A stretch of 64,000 nt of DNA, taken from assembly GCA_964057225.1 (NCBI GenBank), contig OZ059894.1, positions 11,470,001 to 11,534,000 on the forward strand. The letters run 5' to 3'. A program made the translations under genes and the position numbers. The first letter of the stretch is position 1. Every line of letters starts with the position of its first letter. Of the stretch, positions 35,336 to 49,500 are shown piece by piece. This DNA comes from Auanema rhodensis. Taxonomy: Eukaryota; Animalia; Nematoda. Under the pieces are notes generated by a model that saw only the letters and a program-made list of their open reading frames with translations, ran no database searches and had not been told where the DNA came from.

Positions 35336-35777
35336 ACAGCATAGCCATGAGTATCAAAGACATCAAGCAAATGTATTGTACTTGTTACGAGTGCACTCTC
35401 TCATTTGAATATAAAAGTGTGGTTTGACAATCTTGACTGTACAGGTCATAAATGGCTCATATAAACTGTGGATTTACTCAACTTTTGGACTTATTTTTTT
35501 CTTATTCGAAGCGCTGCACTTTTTTCTATTCTTTTTATTCAAATACTTGTATATAGTTTTATATGTACGGTTGCAAAGTTTCCGAATATTTTATATATTT
35601 TTATACAATAATTAGGAGAAGGTTAATACAATGAAATCTCCCAACTTTACAGTGTTTGTATTGCTTACAGTATCTAGAACAACCACTCTTGTAATATTAG
35701 AGCACATATCAATCAACAACTTTTTCTAGTTATCAAAGCTTTTTTATTTCTTCAAGATATTTCAAATAAAATATAAA

Positions 35778-35896
35778 AGCTTACGACACCCGGGATTCCC
35801 AAGCCGTCTCCGATCCAAGTACTAACCGGGCCCAACGTTGCTTGACTTGCCAGATCGGACGGGATGGCGTACTTTCAACGTGGTATGGTCGTAAGC
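35778..35896 (-). rRNA. 5S rRNA
   Basis: Identical copy. Confidence 0.96.
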
Positions 35897-36137
35897 AATG
35901 TTATATTCTTCATTATCAGTTATATCACTCTAAATCTTGTTGTTAATAGTTAGGACCACAAAGAAAACAACAGGAACAGTAACAAATGAAATGCCCAAAC
36001 TTTACAGTGTTCGAGTTATTTACAGTATCTAAGACTACCTCTGTCGTGTTATTAGAGCAAACATTCGATTAACAACAACTTTTTTTTAGTTATCAAAGCT
36101 TTTTTATTTCTTCAAAAAATTTCAAATAAAATATAAA

Positions 36138-36256
36138 AGCTTACGACACCCGGGATTCCCAAGCCGTCTCCGATCCAAGTACTAACCGGGCCCAACGTTG
36201 CTTGACTTGCCAGATCGGACGGGATGGCGTACTTTCAACGTGGTATGGTCGTAAGC
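36138..36256 (-). rRNA. 5S rRNA
   Basis: Identical copy. Confidence 0.96.
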
Positions 36257-36398
36257 AATGTCATATTCTTCATTATCAGTTATATCACTCTAAATCTTGT
36301 TGTTAATAGATACGACCACAAAGAAAACAACAGGAACAGTAACAATAACAAAAAAAATTTTTTTTTCACCTATGTGTCTAAAGGTTAGCCATGTATCC

Positions 36399-36444
<46 letters not shown>

Positions 36445-37626
36445 ACAGTAAAAAGTCCAATCAAGAGAGAAATTTTTTCAACACATAGTTGTTTTTTTTT
36501 TAAATATCATTGTTTTTCCTCATAACTCGGTTTAAACTCGTTCTAACCCGTTGAAATACGTCTAGAAAGTCTTTATAACATGCATATGTATGATAGAACT
36601 TCATATTTATTGTAATAGAAAATTTTATTTTCAGACGTCTTGGTTAACAATGATATGTTTTACCCCCTTATAATTTTTATCATAATGTTCCTTATACGGA
36701 ACGCTCAATGAAACTTGCTTCCAGAAAAATTTCTTTCTATTTTTTCTTCATATGTACGTAGATACTATAGAGAACTATGATAGAAAACTTTAACATTCAC
36801 GAAATCATCATTTCTCATTACGCTACGGAGGTTTAAAAAGCTGTGTTTTACCTTATAATAGACCGGAAAACCCTTGTGTTAAAACTGGACCGTTTTTACA
36901 CATATAAAAATGTCCCGTATTCGGGACCCTAATGTAACTTTTGATTCCCTATATTTTTTTTCATGAAATTTACAATCTACTGTAGAAAGAAGAATTATTT
37001 TTATAAAAACTGTAAATTTTTGAAAAATGAAAACAAAACGAAAACAAAAACAACTTTTTTTTGAACATTTTCTCACACAAGGGTCCCCCCTTACCTACTT
37101 TTTTTCTCATTACTCGTTTCAACCTCATCCGATCACTCTGCAAACATGTTTAATCGTTCTAACTTGTTGAAATACGTCTTAAAAGTCTAAACAACATGCA
37201 TATGCATAATAGAAACCACCCGAATAGGCCCCCACGCACTAAACGAGATATATACATTACCAGTATAGTAATAGAACACATATTGAAGATTAATTCGATA
37301 AGAACAATTTATTGACGTAGAGAATGTTTGTTCCGAAAAACTACAATATTAAACTATAAAAGTAACAAAAGCGTAGAGGCAGCAAAGACATGAATAAACA
37401 TAAATGTAAATACAGAATTACCAGGTAGTACATAAGTATGACAAAAAATTATAAGAAAGCCATGAAAATAGAAGGTTTGTGAACAAATGAGAGGTACATC
37501 TTTGATCGTATAGTCATTTCTAAACCGTTCGTATGCTGCAGCATCGTCATAAGCGTCACTCAAGTTGAATTTCCATGTGTACTACACGATTTTCATTCTT
37601 ATTGTTACATTCTTTCCCTGAGGGAA

Positions 37627-37810
37627 TGGGCCGTTCCCGCCAGCAGTGCAAGAGCGGGTCGACCCGTGAGGTGGAGCTAGCAAGCCAGCATCTACCTCAA
37701 GTCTCAAAAATCGGTTAACCTTATTGTGAACCAATGGAACACATATCGAAGGTTAATTCGATAAGAACGATTACTACACTTTGATCTTAGCCAAAAGGCC
37801 GAGAAGCGAT
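37627..37810 (-). ncRNA. U2 snRNA
   Basis: Intact copy. Confidence 0.96.
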
Positions 37811-38252
37811 ACAGCATAGCCATGAGTATCAAAGACATCAAGCAAATGTATCGTACTTGTTACGAGTGCACTCTCTCATTTGAATATAAAAGTGTGGTTT
37901 GACAATCTTGACTGTACAGGTCATAAATGGCTCATATAAACTGTGGATTTACTCAACTTTTGGACTTATTTTTTTCTTATTCGAAGCGCTGCACTTTTTT
38001 CTATTCTTTTTATTCAAATACTTGTATATAGTTTTATATGTACGGTTGCAAAGTTTCCGAATATTTTATATATTTTTATACAATAATTAGGAGAAGGTTA
38101 ATACAATGAAATCTCCCAACTTTACAGTGTTTGTATTGCTTACAGTATCTAGAACAACCACTCTTGTAATATTAGAGCACATATCAATCAACAACTTTTT
38201 CTAGTTATCAAAGCTTTTTTATTTCTTCAAGATATTTCAAATAAAATATAAA

Positions 38253-38371
38253 AGCTTACGACACCCGGGATTCCCAAGCCGTCTCCGATCCAAGTACTAA
38301 CCGGGCCCAACGTTGCTTGACTTGCCAGATCGGACGGGATGGCGTACTTTCAACGTGGTATGGTCGTAAGC
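38253..38371 (-). rRNA. 5S rRNA
   Basis: Identical copy. Confidence 0.96.
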
Positions 38372-38612
38372 AATGTTATATTCTTCATTATCAGTTATAT
38401 CACTCTAAATCTTGTTGTTAATAGTTAGGACCACAAAGAAAACAACAGGAACAGTAACAAATGAAATGCCCAAACTTTACAGTGTTCGAGTTATTTACAG
38501 TATCTAAGACTACCTCTGTCGTGTTATTAGAGCAAACATTCGATTAACAACAACTTTTTTTTAGTTATCAAAGCTTTTTTATTTCTTCAAAAAATTTCAA
38601 ATAAAATATAAA

Positions 38613-38731
38613 AGCTTACGACACCCGGGATTCCCAAGCCGTCTCCGATCCAAGTACTAACCGGGCCCAACGTTGCTTGACTTGCCAGATCGGACGGGAT
38701 GGCGTACTTTCAACGTGGTATGGTCGTAAGC
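38613..38731 (-). rRNA. 5S rRNA
   Basis: Identical copy. Confidence 0.96.
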
Positions 38732-38873
38732 AATGTCATATTCTTCATTATCAGTTATATCACTCTAAATCTTGTTGTTAATAGATACGACCACAAAGAA
38801 AACAACAGGAACAGTAACAATAACAAAAAAAATTTTTTTTTCACCTATGTGTCTAAAGGTTAGCCATGTATCC

Positions 38874-38907
<34 letters not shown>

Positions 38908-40089
38908 ACAGTAAAAAGTCCAATCAAGAGAGAAATTTTTTCAACACATAGTTGTTTTTTTTTTAAATATCATTGTTTTTCCTCATAACTCGGTTTAAAC
39001 TCGTTCTAACCCGTTGAAATACGTCTAGAAAGTCTTTATAACATGCATATGTATGATAGAACTTCATATTTATTGTAATAGAAAATTTTATTTTCAGACG
39101 TCTTGGTTAACAATGATATGTTTTACCCCCTTATAATTTTTATCATAATGTTCCTTATACGGAACGCTCAATGAAACTTGCTTCCAGAAAAATTTCTTTC
39201 TATTTTTTCTTCATATGTACGTAGATACTATAGAGAACTATGATAGAAAACTTTAACATTCACGAAATCATCATTTCTCATTACGCTACGGAGGTTTAAA
39301 AAGCTGTGTTTTACCTTATAATAGACCGGAAAACCCTTGTGTTAAAACTGGACCGTTTTTACACATATAAAAATGTCCCGTATTCGGGACCCTAATGTAA
39401 CTTTTGATTCCCTATATTTTTTTTCATGAAATTTACAATCTACTGTAGAAAGAAGAATTATTTTTATAAAAACTGTAAATTTTTGAAAAATGAAAACAAA
39501 ACGAAAACAAAAACAACTTTTTTTTGAACATTTTCTCACACAAGGGTCCCCCCTTACCTACTTTTTTTCTCATTACTCGTTTCAACCTCATCCGATCACT
39601 CTGCAAACATGTTTAATCGTTCTAACTTGTTGAAATACGTCTTAAAAGTCTAAACAACATGCATATGCATAATAGAAACCACCCGAATAGGCCCCCACGC
39701 ACTAAACGAGATATATACATTACCAGTATAGTAATAGAACACATATTGAAGATTAATTCGATAAGAACAATTTATTGACGTAGAGAATGTTTGTTCCGAA
39801 AAACTACAATATTAAACTATAAAAGTAACAAAAGCGTAGAGGCAGCAAAGACATGAATAAACATAAATGTAAATACAGAATTACCAGGTAGTACATAAGT
39901 ATGACAAAAAATTATAAGAAAGCCATGAAAATAGAAGGTTTGTGAACAAATGAGAGGTACATCTTTGATCGTATAGTCATTTCTAAACCGTTCGTATGCT
40001 GCAGCATCGTCATAAGCGTCACTCAAGTTGAATTTCCATGTGTACTACACGATTTTCATTCTTATTGTTACATTCTTTCCCTGAGGGAA

Positions 40090-40273
40090 TGGGCCGTTCC
40101 CGCCAGCAGTGCAAGAGCGGGTCGACCCGTGAGGTGGAGCTAGCAAGCCAGCATCTACCTCAAGTCTCAAAAATCGGTTAACCTTATTGTGAACCAATGG
40201 AACACATATCGAAGGTTAATTCGATAAGAACGATTACTACACTTTGATCTTAGCCAAAAGGCCGAGAAGCGAT
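40090..40273 (-). ncRNA. U2 snRNA
   Basis: Intact copy. Confidence 0.96.
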
Positions 40274-40715
40274 ACAGCATAGCCATGAGTATCAAAGACA
40301 TCAAGCAAATGTATCGTACTTGTTACGAGTGCACTCTCTCATTTGAATATAAAAGTGTGGTTTGACAATCTTGACTGTACAGGTCATAAATGGCTCATAT
40401 AAACTGTGGATTTACTCAACTTTTGGACTTATTTTTTTCTTATTCGAAGCGCTGCACTTTTTTCTATTCTTTTTATTCAAATACTTGTATATAGTTTTAT
40501 ATGTACGGTTGCAAAGTTTCCGAATATTTTATATATTTTTATACAATAATTAGGAGAAGGTTAATACAATGAAATCTCCCAACTTTACAGTGTTTGTATT
40601 GCTTACAGTATCTAGAACAACCACTCTTGTAATATTAGAGCACATATCAATCAACAACTTTTTCTAGTTATCAAAGCTTTTTTATTTCTTCAAGATATTT
40701 CAAATAAAATATAAA

Positions 40716-40834
40716 AGCTTACGACACCCGGGATTCCCAAGCCGTCTCCGATCCAAGTACTAACCGGGCCCAACGTTGCTTGACTTGCCAGATCGGACGG
40801 GATGGCGTACTTTCAACGTGGTATGGTCGTAAGC
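40716..40834 (-). rRNA. 5S rRNA
   Basis: Identical copy. Confidence 0.96.
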
Positions 40835-41075
40835 AATGTTATATTCTTCATTATCAGTTATATCACTCTAAATCTTGTTGTTAATAGTTAGGACCACAAA
40901 GAAAACAACAGGAACAGTAACAAATGAAATGCCCAAACTTTACAGTGTTCGAGTTATTTACAGTATCTAAGACTACCTCTGTCGTGTTATTAGAGCAAAC
41001 ATTCGATTAACAACAACTTTTTTTTAGTTATCAAAGCTTTTTTATTTCTTCAAAAAATTTCAAATAAAATATAAA

Positions 41076-41194
41076 AGCTTACGACACCCGGGATTCCCAA
41101 GCCGTCTCCGATCCAAGTACTAACCGGGCCCAACGTTGCTTGACTTGCCAGATCGGACGGGATGGCGTACTTTCAACGTGGTATGGTCGTAAGC
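41076..41194 (-). rRNA. 5S rRNA
   Basis: Identical copy. Confidence 0.96.
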
Positions 41195-41336
41195 AATGTC
41201 ATATTCTTCATTATCAGTTATATCACTCTAAATCTTGTTGTTAATAGATACGACCACAAAGAAAACAACAGGAACAGTAACAATAACAAAAAAAATTTTT
41301 TTTTCACCTATGTGTCTAAAGGTTAGCCATGTATCC

Positions 41337-41416
<80 letters not shown>

Positions 41417-42598
41417 ACAGTAAAAAGTCCAATCAAGAGAGAAATTTTTTCAACACATAGTTGTTTTTTTTTTAAATATCATTGTTTTTCCTCATAACTC
41501 GGTTTAAACTCGTTCTAACCCGTTGAAATACGTCTAGAAAGTCTTTATAACATGCATATGTATGATAGAACTTCATATTTATTGTAATAGAAAATTTTAT
41601 TTTCAGACGTCTTGGTTAACAATGATATGTTTTACCCCCTTATAATTTTTATCATAATGTTCCTTATACGGAACGCTCAATGAAACTTGCTTCCAGAAAA
41701 ATTTCTTTCTATTTTTTCTTCATATGTACGTAGATACTATAGAGAACTATGATAGAAAACTTTAACATTCACGAAATCATCATTTCTCATTACGCTACGG
41801 AGGTTTAAAAAGCTGTGTTTTACCTTATAATAGACCGGAAAACCCTTGTGTTAAAACTGGACCGTTTTTACACATATAAAAATGTCCCGTATTCGGGACC
41901 CTAATGTAACTTTTGATTCCCTATATTTTTTTTCATGAAATTTACAATCTACTGTAGAAAGAAGAATTATTTTTATAAAAACTGTAAATTTTTGAAAAAT
42001 GAAAACAAAACGAAAACAAAAACAACTTTTTTTTGAACATTTTCTCACACAAGGGTCCCCCCTTACCTACTTTTTTTCTCATTACTCGTTTCAACCTCAT
42101 CCGATCACTCTGCAAACATGTTTAATCGTTCTAACTTGTTGAAATACGTCTTAAAAGTCTAAACAACATGCATATGCATAATAGAAACCACCCGAATAGG
42201 CCCCCACGCACTAAACGAGATATATACATTACCAGTATAGTAATAGAACACATATTGAAGATTAATTCGATAAGAACAATTTATTGACGTAGAGAATGTT
42301 TGTTCCGAAAAACTACAATATTAAACTATAAAAGTAACAAAAGCGTAGAGGCAGCAAAGACATGAATAAACATAAATGTAAATACAGAATTACCAGGTAG
42401 TACATAAGTATGACAAAAAATTATAAGAAAGCCATGAAAATAGAAGGTTTGTGAACAAATGAGAGGTACATCTTTGATCGTATAGTCATTTCTAAACCGT
42501 TCGTATGCTGCAGCATCGTCATAAGCGTCACTCAAGTTGAATTTCCATGTGTACTACACGATTTTCATTCTTATTGTTACATTCTTTCCCTGAGGGAA

Positions 42599-42744
42599 TG
42601 GGCCGTTCCCGCCAGCAGTGCAAGAGCGGGTCGACCCGTGAGGTGGAGCTAGCAAGCCAGCATCTACCTCAAGTCTCAAAAATCGGTTAACCTTATTGTG
42701 AACCAATGGAACACATATCGAAGGTTAATTCGATAAGAACGATT
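42599..42744 (-). pseudogene. Interrupted U2 snRNA, nt 39-184
   Basis: U2 3' part after the retrotransposon 3' end. Confidence 0.92.
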
Positions 42745-45700
42745 AATGGTTTATTGAATAACTAATGTTATGAAACAATAAATAACCAATAAAAAAGAGC
42801 CCAGAATCGGGGAGACGGTATTACCAGTACAACTTAAAACAGCAAGTGATTAAAAAGTACAAAATAAAACACATTACCAACAGAGGCTAAAACGACTCAA
42901 GAGTCGGGGGAGTGGGTTAAAAAAAGTAATGAATAACAAAAAAAATGAATAATAAAGCAGAACAGTGAAAAGTAAATATCAAGTGCCGCTATGATCAAAC
43001 AATTTGAGTGCCTACGGCAATGGTGTTAAAAATAAACAACAAAATACATGTACCAATGAAGGTCAGAAAGAGAGAAAGAAAAAAGACAAAAATAAGTAAT
43101 ACAAAAAGTAAAAAATATATTACAATCAAATCACAAACAAGTCAATGGATAATTTCTTCTTCATACTGCCTTACACCAGAAACATGTTCCACGTAGATAT
43201 TCCTGGCCCACTTGATGGTATCGGCGACGACGAGCTTCTCCATTAGCCGGTTGTAGTGGCTGCTGATCTTGAGTGATCGGAGGGCTTGTACGTTGAGCGG
43301 GTCCATAGTTCCAAGCATTCCTACGACATACGCTTCTACACTAGTCTTATAACCAAGACATTGGTATTGGCTGGCTATGTCAGCATATTTCCTCTCCTTT
43401 ATCATACGCGCGGCTATCATGGCTTGTCGGCGGTTTTCATAGCTCACTGTAACATCAACGATACTACAGTGTTTTGCGTCATGATCGACCACTACTATGT
43501 CAGGTCGGAGTGTACTATTAATGCCAGGAAGAGGCTGGTTAGTGTAAACTTCTCCGTTTTTAGGCTCTGGCAGGGCTTTGATAAGACGGTCCACGATGTT
43601 GTTGTGGCGGAGTTGGATTGCTCTCGTGTGAAAGTGGCAGTGTCCAAGAACATGTGCAGCAGTTTCGTTGGGGTAACTACACCTGCGGCACTGTTTGTTT
43701 CCTTCTCCGTGTCTTCTACAGCCATTGAGCTGGAGAGTATTAAGTCGAGCCTTGTGGATGAATCGCCAATCAGCAAACCGTATGAAATCTCCCTTCGCCA
43801 TAAAGTGATTGGACGCTTTGTTGAGCATTGTGACATCAAAGACTTTCCCTTGATCCGGTTTTTGAAGAAGGATCCGAAGGTCTTTCAGCCATAATGCACG
43901 TCGCAGGCTTCTGTGGCATAGTGAAGGTGTTAACAGTTGGTTGTTTAGATTGAGTTCTAAACCACTTTCGAGGCATGTCCAGTTAGCGTTGATGAGTTTC
44001 TTGAGTTGACGCATCGCTACTCTTACTCTAGTCCAGATGGAGGAAACATCAGATGTTTCGGTGTCGAAAATGCCATCAACGGAACCGTTGTAATATGCAG
44101 CTGTCTCATCGTTACTGGCTTGACGTTTAATCCTTTTTGATGCTACTTTTATTGAGTCTTGATGCGCAATATCAGCTACTACAAGATCAGATGACTTCAA
44201 AAGTTGGTAGGCATGAGTGACTTCACAGACGTCTGACAGGTGTTGGAGTCGAGAGAGACCAAGTCCGCCGTAGTTAGTTGGCAGGTAGATTGGTTCAGCA
44301 CTGGCGTTTGGAGGATAGTGCATCCATCTACGGGCACAGCGTTTGAGTTCTTTGTCAAAGGCGACTAGTTTACTCTTTGGGACGTGGCCATTCGTCATAT
44401 GAAAATTAAGGCAGGGCATCAGGAAGGTGCGTACTGCGTCAGCTTTCTGCCATTCAGCCAGTAAGGATTTGTCAATTTTTTCCAAGTGTTGACTCATGAT
44501 ATTCACTGTTGGAACCGCAGACTTATGTAAATGCATTCCAGTAGGGATTCCCAGGTGGGAGTAGCTGTCAAATTTGCTGAGAGCGGGTAGAAAGCAGCTC
44601 TGAAGCATGTATGAGGCTGTTGATATTTTCCCTTTGTCGATCGTCAAAGTGGCGCATTTCGCTGGTTTGAAGGTCAAGCCTGTGAAATTAGCCGCATTTG
44701 ATGCTGCGTCCAACATTTTCTGTAGATCTTCTGATGATGAGGAGACCAGGGCAAGGTCATCGGCGTACGCTAGCACAGCGATGTTGTGATTGTGTAGCTT
44801 ATAGCCTGTAGAGGTTTCCAAGATGGTTTTAATTAGAGGTTCAATGGCAAGGTTGAACAGGATCGGAGATAGTGGGGATCCTTGTAACACACCTGCGTGA
44901 ACTGGAATGGTCGAAGTGAGTCCGGAGCCTGTCTGGATTCTTGTAGAGGCATCTGTGTATAGAGCTCGTACTCGGGATATTGAGGCTTCAGCCATTCCTG
45001 ACCATCTTAGAACGTCTAGCAGAGTTTCGTGTGGCAGCGATCCAAAAGCGTTTGCGAGATCAAGCCAAGCAATTGCAATTTTCTCACGTTTACGTTTAGC
45101 GTCTGCAATGGTACTTTGCAACAAAAAGTTGTGTTCCATGCATCCAGCTTTGGCCACAAAGCCCTTTTGGGAGGGAGAAAGTCTTTTTTCTGCTCTTGCC
45201 CATGTTAGCAGTCGATGCGTAAGACAAGCTGAGTACGTCTTACCAATTGTGCACGAAAGTGCTATTGGTCGCCAGTTGTTAATGTCAGCTTTATCACCTT
45301 TCTTATGGATGAGGACGGTGGTCGACTCTTTCCAGGAAAAAGGGATGTGTCCTAGCTTGTGTACGGTGTTAAATATCGCTGCTAATATGTGACCTCCTTG
45401 GTCAAATTTCTTCCAGTGCGAGTATCGAAGTCCATCAGCTCCTGGAGCCGTATCGCTGCAACGTCGTATGCGTTCCCAGACTTCCAAAGGGGTGAAAACA
45501 CCTTCTAATGGGTCGGTACTAGTTGGCAAATCCGGTCTGGTGACTGTGATGGGGAGGGCTGGGCCTTGACTGCTGTGAACAGAAAGGAAGTGTTTTTCAA
45601 CATCTGCAGATGGTATGGTGCAGGTTTCACTTTGTTCTCCGAGCAGTTGTCGAAAGGCTTTCTTCTTGTTGGCCCTCCAAAGCTTCTGGATCTTCATCGC

Positions 45701-46472
45701 CTGGGTTTTTTGGTCTTCCTCAGGTTGTGTGTGTGGTCGGCGCCTTTGTCGGAAGTTGGGAACTTTGATCATAATGTCAAGAGACTTTCTGATTGTGTCT
45801 ACCAACTCTTCCAGGACCTGCTCGAGCTCACTTTTGCACACTACCTTTTTAATTCTATCCACCCAAATATTTTCAGAGTTTCTATTCGGATCAGGGTCGG
45901 CAAAAGATGGTTCTGTACTCGGAACCCTGATCTCGTTGAATATTTCACTCTCTCGCGGAAGGGGGGAAACTTCGGCCTCTGGGGACAAGTCCAGAATTGG
46001 GGCCTCAAACAAGCGTACCGTTGATGGAGATCCTTGTTCCTGTCCACTGGATGATGTTTCCTCCATTGTACGCTCCTCCACGGGCGGGGTGGTCGTCCTT
46101 GTGCCTGGTGGGCGGGTGTTCCTGATCCTCCGCAATATAGGGCGGGAACTGGGCTCTCTCGGAGATAGAGGTGAGATCACCACAGTTTCCTCTATGATGC
46201 GGAGGCATCCTTCAGCTTTTTTCTGATGGCTTTTAACGGCCTTCAGATTGCTGGTGAGGCCACAGGCACGGCACTCAAATTCTACTCCGACCTCATGTTC
46301 TCTCCGAAGATGGCGGACGAGACCATTGTGGTCTGAGTAGGATCGCGGAATAGGAGCGCAGATTGAACAAGAAAAAGGGCTCTGAAGAGGCACCTTTAGC
46401 TTGTAAAGCCCTTGCTCCATCTCTAGCAGATCTAAAGACTTACGTAGTACAGTTGCAATATCGATTTAGCCA
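42745..46472 (-). mobile_element. Full-length Utopia-type retrotransposon, variant alpha, 3728 bp
   Basis: Almost identical to 9379-13106. Confidence 0.94.
43142..46420 (-). CDS. Zinc finger-RT-RLE retrotransposon protein (1092 aa)
   Basis: Same protein as 9776-13054. Confidence 0.97.
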   Translation of the reverse strand: MEQGLYKLKVPLQSPFSCSICAPIPRSYSDHNGLVRHLRREHEVGVEFECRACGLTSNLKAVKSHQKKAEGCLRIIEETVVISPLSPREPSSRPILRRIRNTRPPGTRTTTPPVEERTMEETSSSGQEQGSPSTVRLFEAPILDLSPEAEVSPLPRESEIFNEIRVPSTEPSFADPDPNRNSENIWVDRIKKVVCKSELEQVLEELVDTIRKSLDIMIKVPNFRQRRRPHTQPEEDQKTQAMKIQKLWRANKKKAFRQLLGEQSETCTIPSADVEKHFLSVHSSQGPALPITVTRPDLPTSTDPLEGVFTPLEVWERIRRCSDTAPGADGLRYSHWKKFDQGGHILAAIFNTVHKLGHIPFSWKESTTVLIHKKGDKADINNWRPIALSCTIGKTYSACLTHRLLTWARAEKRLSPSQKGFVAKAGCMEHNFLLQSTIADAKRKREKIAIAWLDLANAFGSLPHETLLDVLRWSGMAEASISRVRALYTDASTRIQTGSGLTSTIPVHAGVLQGSPLSPILFNLAIEPLIKTILETSTGYKLHNHNIAVLAYADDLALVSSSSEDLQKMLDAASNAANFTGLTFKPAKCATLTIDKGKISTASYMLQSCFLPALSKFDSYSHLGIPTGMHLHKSAVPTVNIMSQHLEKIDKSLLAEWQKADAVRTFLMPCLNFHMTNGHVPKSKLVAFDKELKRCARRWMHYPPNASAEPIYLPTNYGGLGLSRLQHLSDVCEVTHAYQLLKSSDLVVADIAHQDSIKVASKRIKRQASNDETAAYYNGSVDGIFDTETSDVSSIWTRVRVAMRQLKKLINANWTCLESGLELNLNNQLLTPSLCHRSLRRALWLKDLRILLQKPDQGKVFDVTMLNKASNHFMAKGDFIRFADWRFIHKARLNTLQLNGCRRHGEGNKQCRRCSYPNETAAHVLGHCHFHTRAIQLRHNNIVDRLIKALPEPKNGEVYTNQPLPGINSTLRPDIVVVDHDAKHCSIVDVTVSYENRRQAMIAARMIKERKYADIASQYQCLGYKTSVEAYVVGMLGTMDPLNVQALRSLKISSHYNRLMEKLVVADTIKWARNIYVEHVSGVRQYEEEIIH

Positions 46473-46530
46473 TTAACCTTATTGTGAACCAATGGAACAC
46501 ATATCGAAGGTTAATTCGATAAGAACGATT
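46473..46530 (-). pseudogene. U2 fragment nt 39-96 between two stacked retrotransposons
   Basis: 58 bp identical to U2. Confidence 0.92.
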
Positions 46531-49500
46531 AATGGTTTATTGAATAACTAATGTTATGATACAATAAATAACCAATAAAAAAGAGCCCAGAATCGGGGAG
46601 ACGGTATTACCAGTACAACTTAAAACAGCAAGTAATTAAAAAGTACATAATAAGACACATTGCCAACAGAGGCTAAAACGACTCAAGAGTCGGGGGAGTG
46701 GGTTAAAAAAAATGAACAAAAAAATGAATATTAAAGCAGAACAATGAGAAATCAAGTGCCGCTATGATCAAACAATTTGAGTGCCTACGGCAATGATGTT
46801 AAAAATAAACAACAAAATACATGTACCAATGAAGGTCAGAAAGAAAGAAACAAAAGACAAAAATAAGTAATACAAAAAGTAAATACATTACAATCAAATC
46901 ACAAACAAGTCAATTGATAATTTCTTCTTCATATTGCCTTACACCAGAAACATGTTCCACGTAGATATTCCTGGCCCACTTGATGGTATCGGCGACGACG
47001 AGCTTCTCCATTAGCCGGTTGTAGTGGCTGCTGATCTTGAGTGATCGGAGGGCTTGTCCGTTGAGCGGGTCCATAGTTCCAAGCATTCCTACGACATATG
47101 CTTCTACACTAGTCTTATAACCAAGACATTGGTATTGGCTGGCTATGTCAGCATATTTCCTCTCCTTTATCATACGCGCGGCTATCATGGCTTGACGGCG
47201 GTTTTCATAGCTCACTGTAACATCAACGATACTACAGTGTTTTGCGTCATGATCGACCACTACTATGTCAGGTCGGAGTGTACTATTAATGCCAGGAAGA
47301 GGCTGGTTAGTGTAAACTTCTCCGTTTTTAGGCTCTGGCAGGGCTTTGATAAGACGGTCCACGATGTTGTTGTGGCGGAGTTGGATTGCTCTCGTGTGAG
47401 AGTGGCAGTGTCCAAGAACATGTGCAGCAGTTTCGTTGGAGTAACTACACCTGCGGCACTGTTTGTTTCCTTCTCCGTGTCTTCTACAGCCATTGAGCTG
47501 GAGAGTATTGAGTCGAGCCTTGTGGATGAATCGCCAATCAGCAAACCGTATGAAATCTCCCTTCGCCATAAAGTGATTGGACGCTTTGTTGAGCATTGTG
47601 ACATCAAAGACTTTCCCTTGATCCGGTTTTTGAAGAAGGATCCGAAGGTCTTTCAGCCATAATGCACGTCGCAGGCTTCTGTGGCATAGTGAAGGTGTTA
47701 ACAGTTGGTTGTTTAGATTGAGTTCTAAACCACTTTCGAGGCATGTCCAGTTAGCGTTGATGAGTTTCTTGAGTTGACGCATCGCTACTCTTACTCTAGT
47801 CCAGATGGAGGAAACATCAGATGTTTCGGTGTCGAAAATGCCATCAACGGAACCGTTGTAATATGCAGCTGTCTCATCGTTACTGGCTTGACGTTTAATC
47901 CTTTTTGATGCTACTTTTTTTGAGTCTTGATGCGCAATATCAGCTACTACAAGATCAGATGACTTCAAAAGTTGGTAGGCATGAGTGACTTCACAGACGT
48001 CTGACAGGTGTTGGAGTCGAGAGAGACCAAGTCCGCCGTAGTTAGTTGGCAGGTAGATTGGTTCAGCACTGGCGTTTGGAGGATAGTGCATCCATCTACG
48101 GGCACAGCGTTTGAGTTCTTTGTCAAAGGCGACTAGTTTACTCTTTGGGACGTGGCCATTCGTCATATGAAAATTAAGGCAGGGCATCAGGAAGGTGCGT
48201 ACTGCGTCAGCTTTCTGCCATTCAGCAAGTAAGGATTTGTCAATTTTTTCCAAGTGTTGACTCATAATATTCACTGTTGGAACCGCAGACTTATGTAAAT
48301 GCATTCCAGTAGGGATTCCCAGGTGGGAGTAGCTGTCGAATTTGCTGAGAGCGGGTAGAGAGGAGCTCTGTAGCATGTATGAGGCTGTTGATATTTTCCC
48401 TTTGTCGATCGTCAAGGTGGCGCATTTCGCTGGTTTGAAGGTCAAGCCTGTGAAATTAGCCGCATTTGATGCTGCGTCCAACATTTTCTGTAGATCTTCT
48501 GATGATGAGGAGACCAGGGCAAGGTCATCGGCGTACGCTAGCACAGCGATGTTGTGGTTGTGTAGCTTATAGCCAGTAGAGGATTCCAAGATGGTTTTAA
48601 TTAGAGGTTCAATGGCAAGGTTGAACAGGATCGGAGATAGTGGGGATCCTTGTAACACACCTGCATGAACTGGAATGGTCGATGTGAGTCCGGAGCCTGT
48701 CTGGATTCTTGTAGAGGCATCTGTGTATAGAGCTCGTACTCGGGATATTGAGGCTTCAGCCACTCCTGACCATCTTAGAACGTCTAGCAGAGTTTCGTGT
48801 GGCAGCGATCCAAAAGCGTTTGCGAGATCAAGCCAAGCAATTGCAATTTTCTCACGTTTACGTTTAGCGTCCGCAATGGTACTTTGCAACATAAAGTTGT
48901 GTTCCATGCATCCAGCTTTGGCCACAAAGCCCTTTTGGGAGGGAGAAAGTCTTTTTTCTGCTCTTGCCCATGTTAGCAGTCGATGCGTAAGACAAGCTGA
49001 GTACGTCTTACCAATTGTGCACGAAAGTGCTATTGGTCGCCAGTTGTTAATGTCAGCTTTATCACCTTTCTTATGGATGAGGACGGTGGTCGACTCTTTC
49101 CAGGAAAAAGGGATGTGTCCTAGCTTGTGTACGGTGTTAAATATCGCTGCTAATATGTGACCTCCTTGGTCAAATTTCTTCCAGTGCGAGTATCGAAGTC
49201 CATCAGCTCCTGGAGCCGTATCGCTGCAACGTCGTATGCGTTCCCAGACTTCCAAAGGGGTGAAAACACCTTCTAATGGGTCGGTACTAGCTGGCAAATC
49301 CGGTCTGGTGACTGTGATGGGGAGGGCTGGGCCTTGACTGCTGTGAACAGAAAGGAAATGTTTTTCAACCTCTGCAGATGGTATGGTGCAGGTTTCACTT
49401 TGTTCTCCGAGCAGTTGTCGAAAGGCTTTCTTCTTGTTGGCCCTCCAGAGCTTCTGGAGCTTCATCGCCTGGGTTTTTTGGTCTTCCTCAGGTTGTGTGT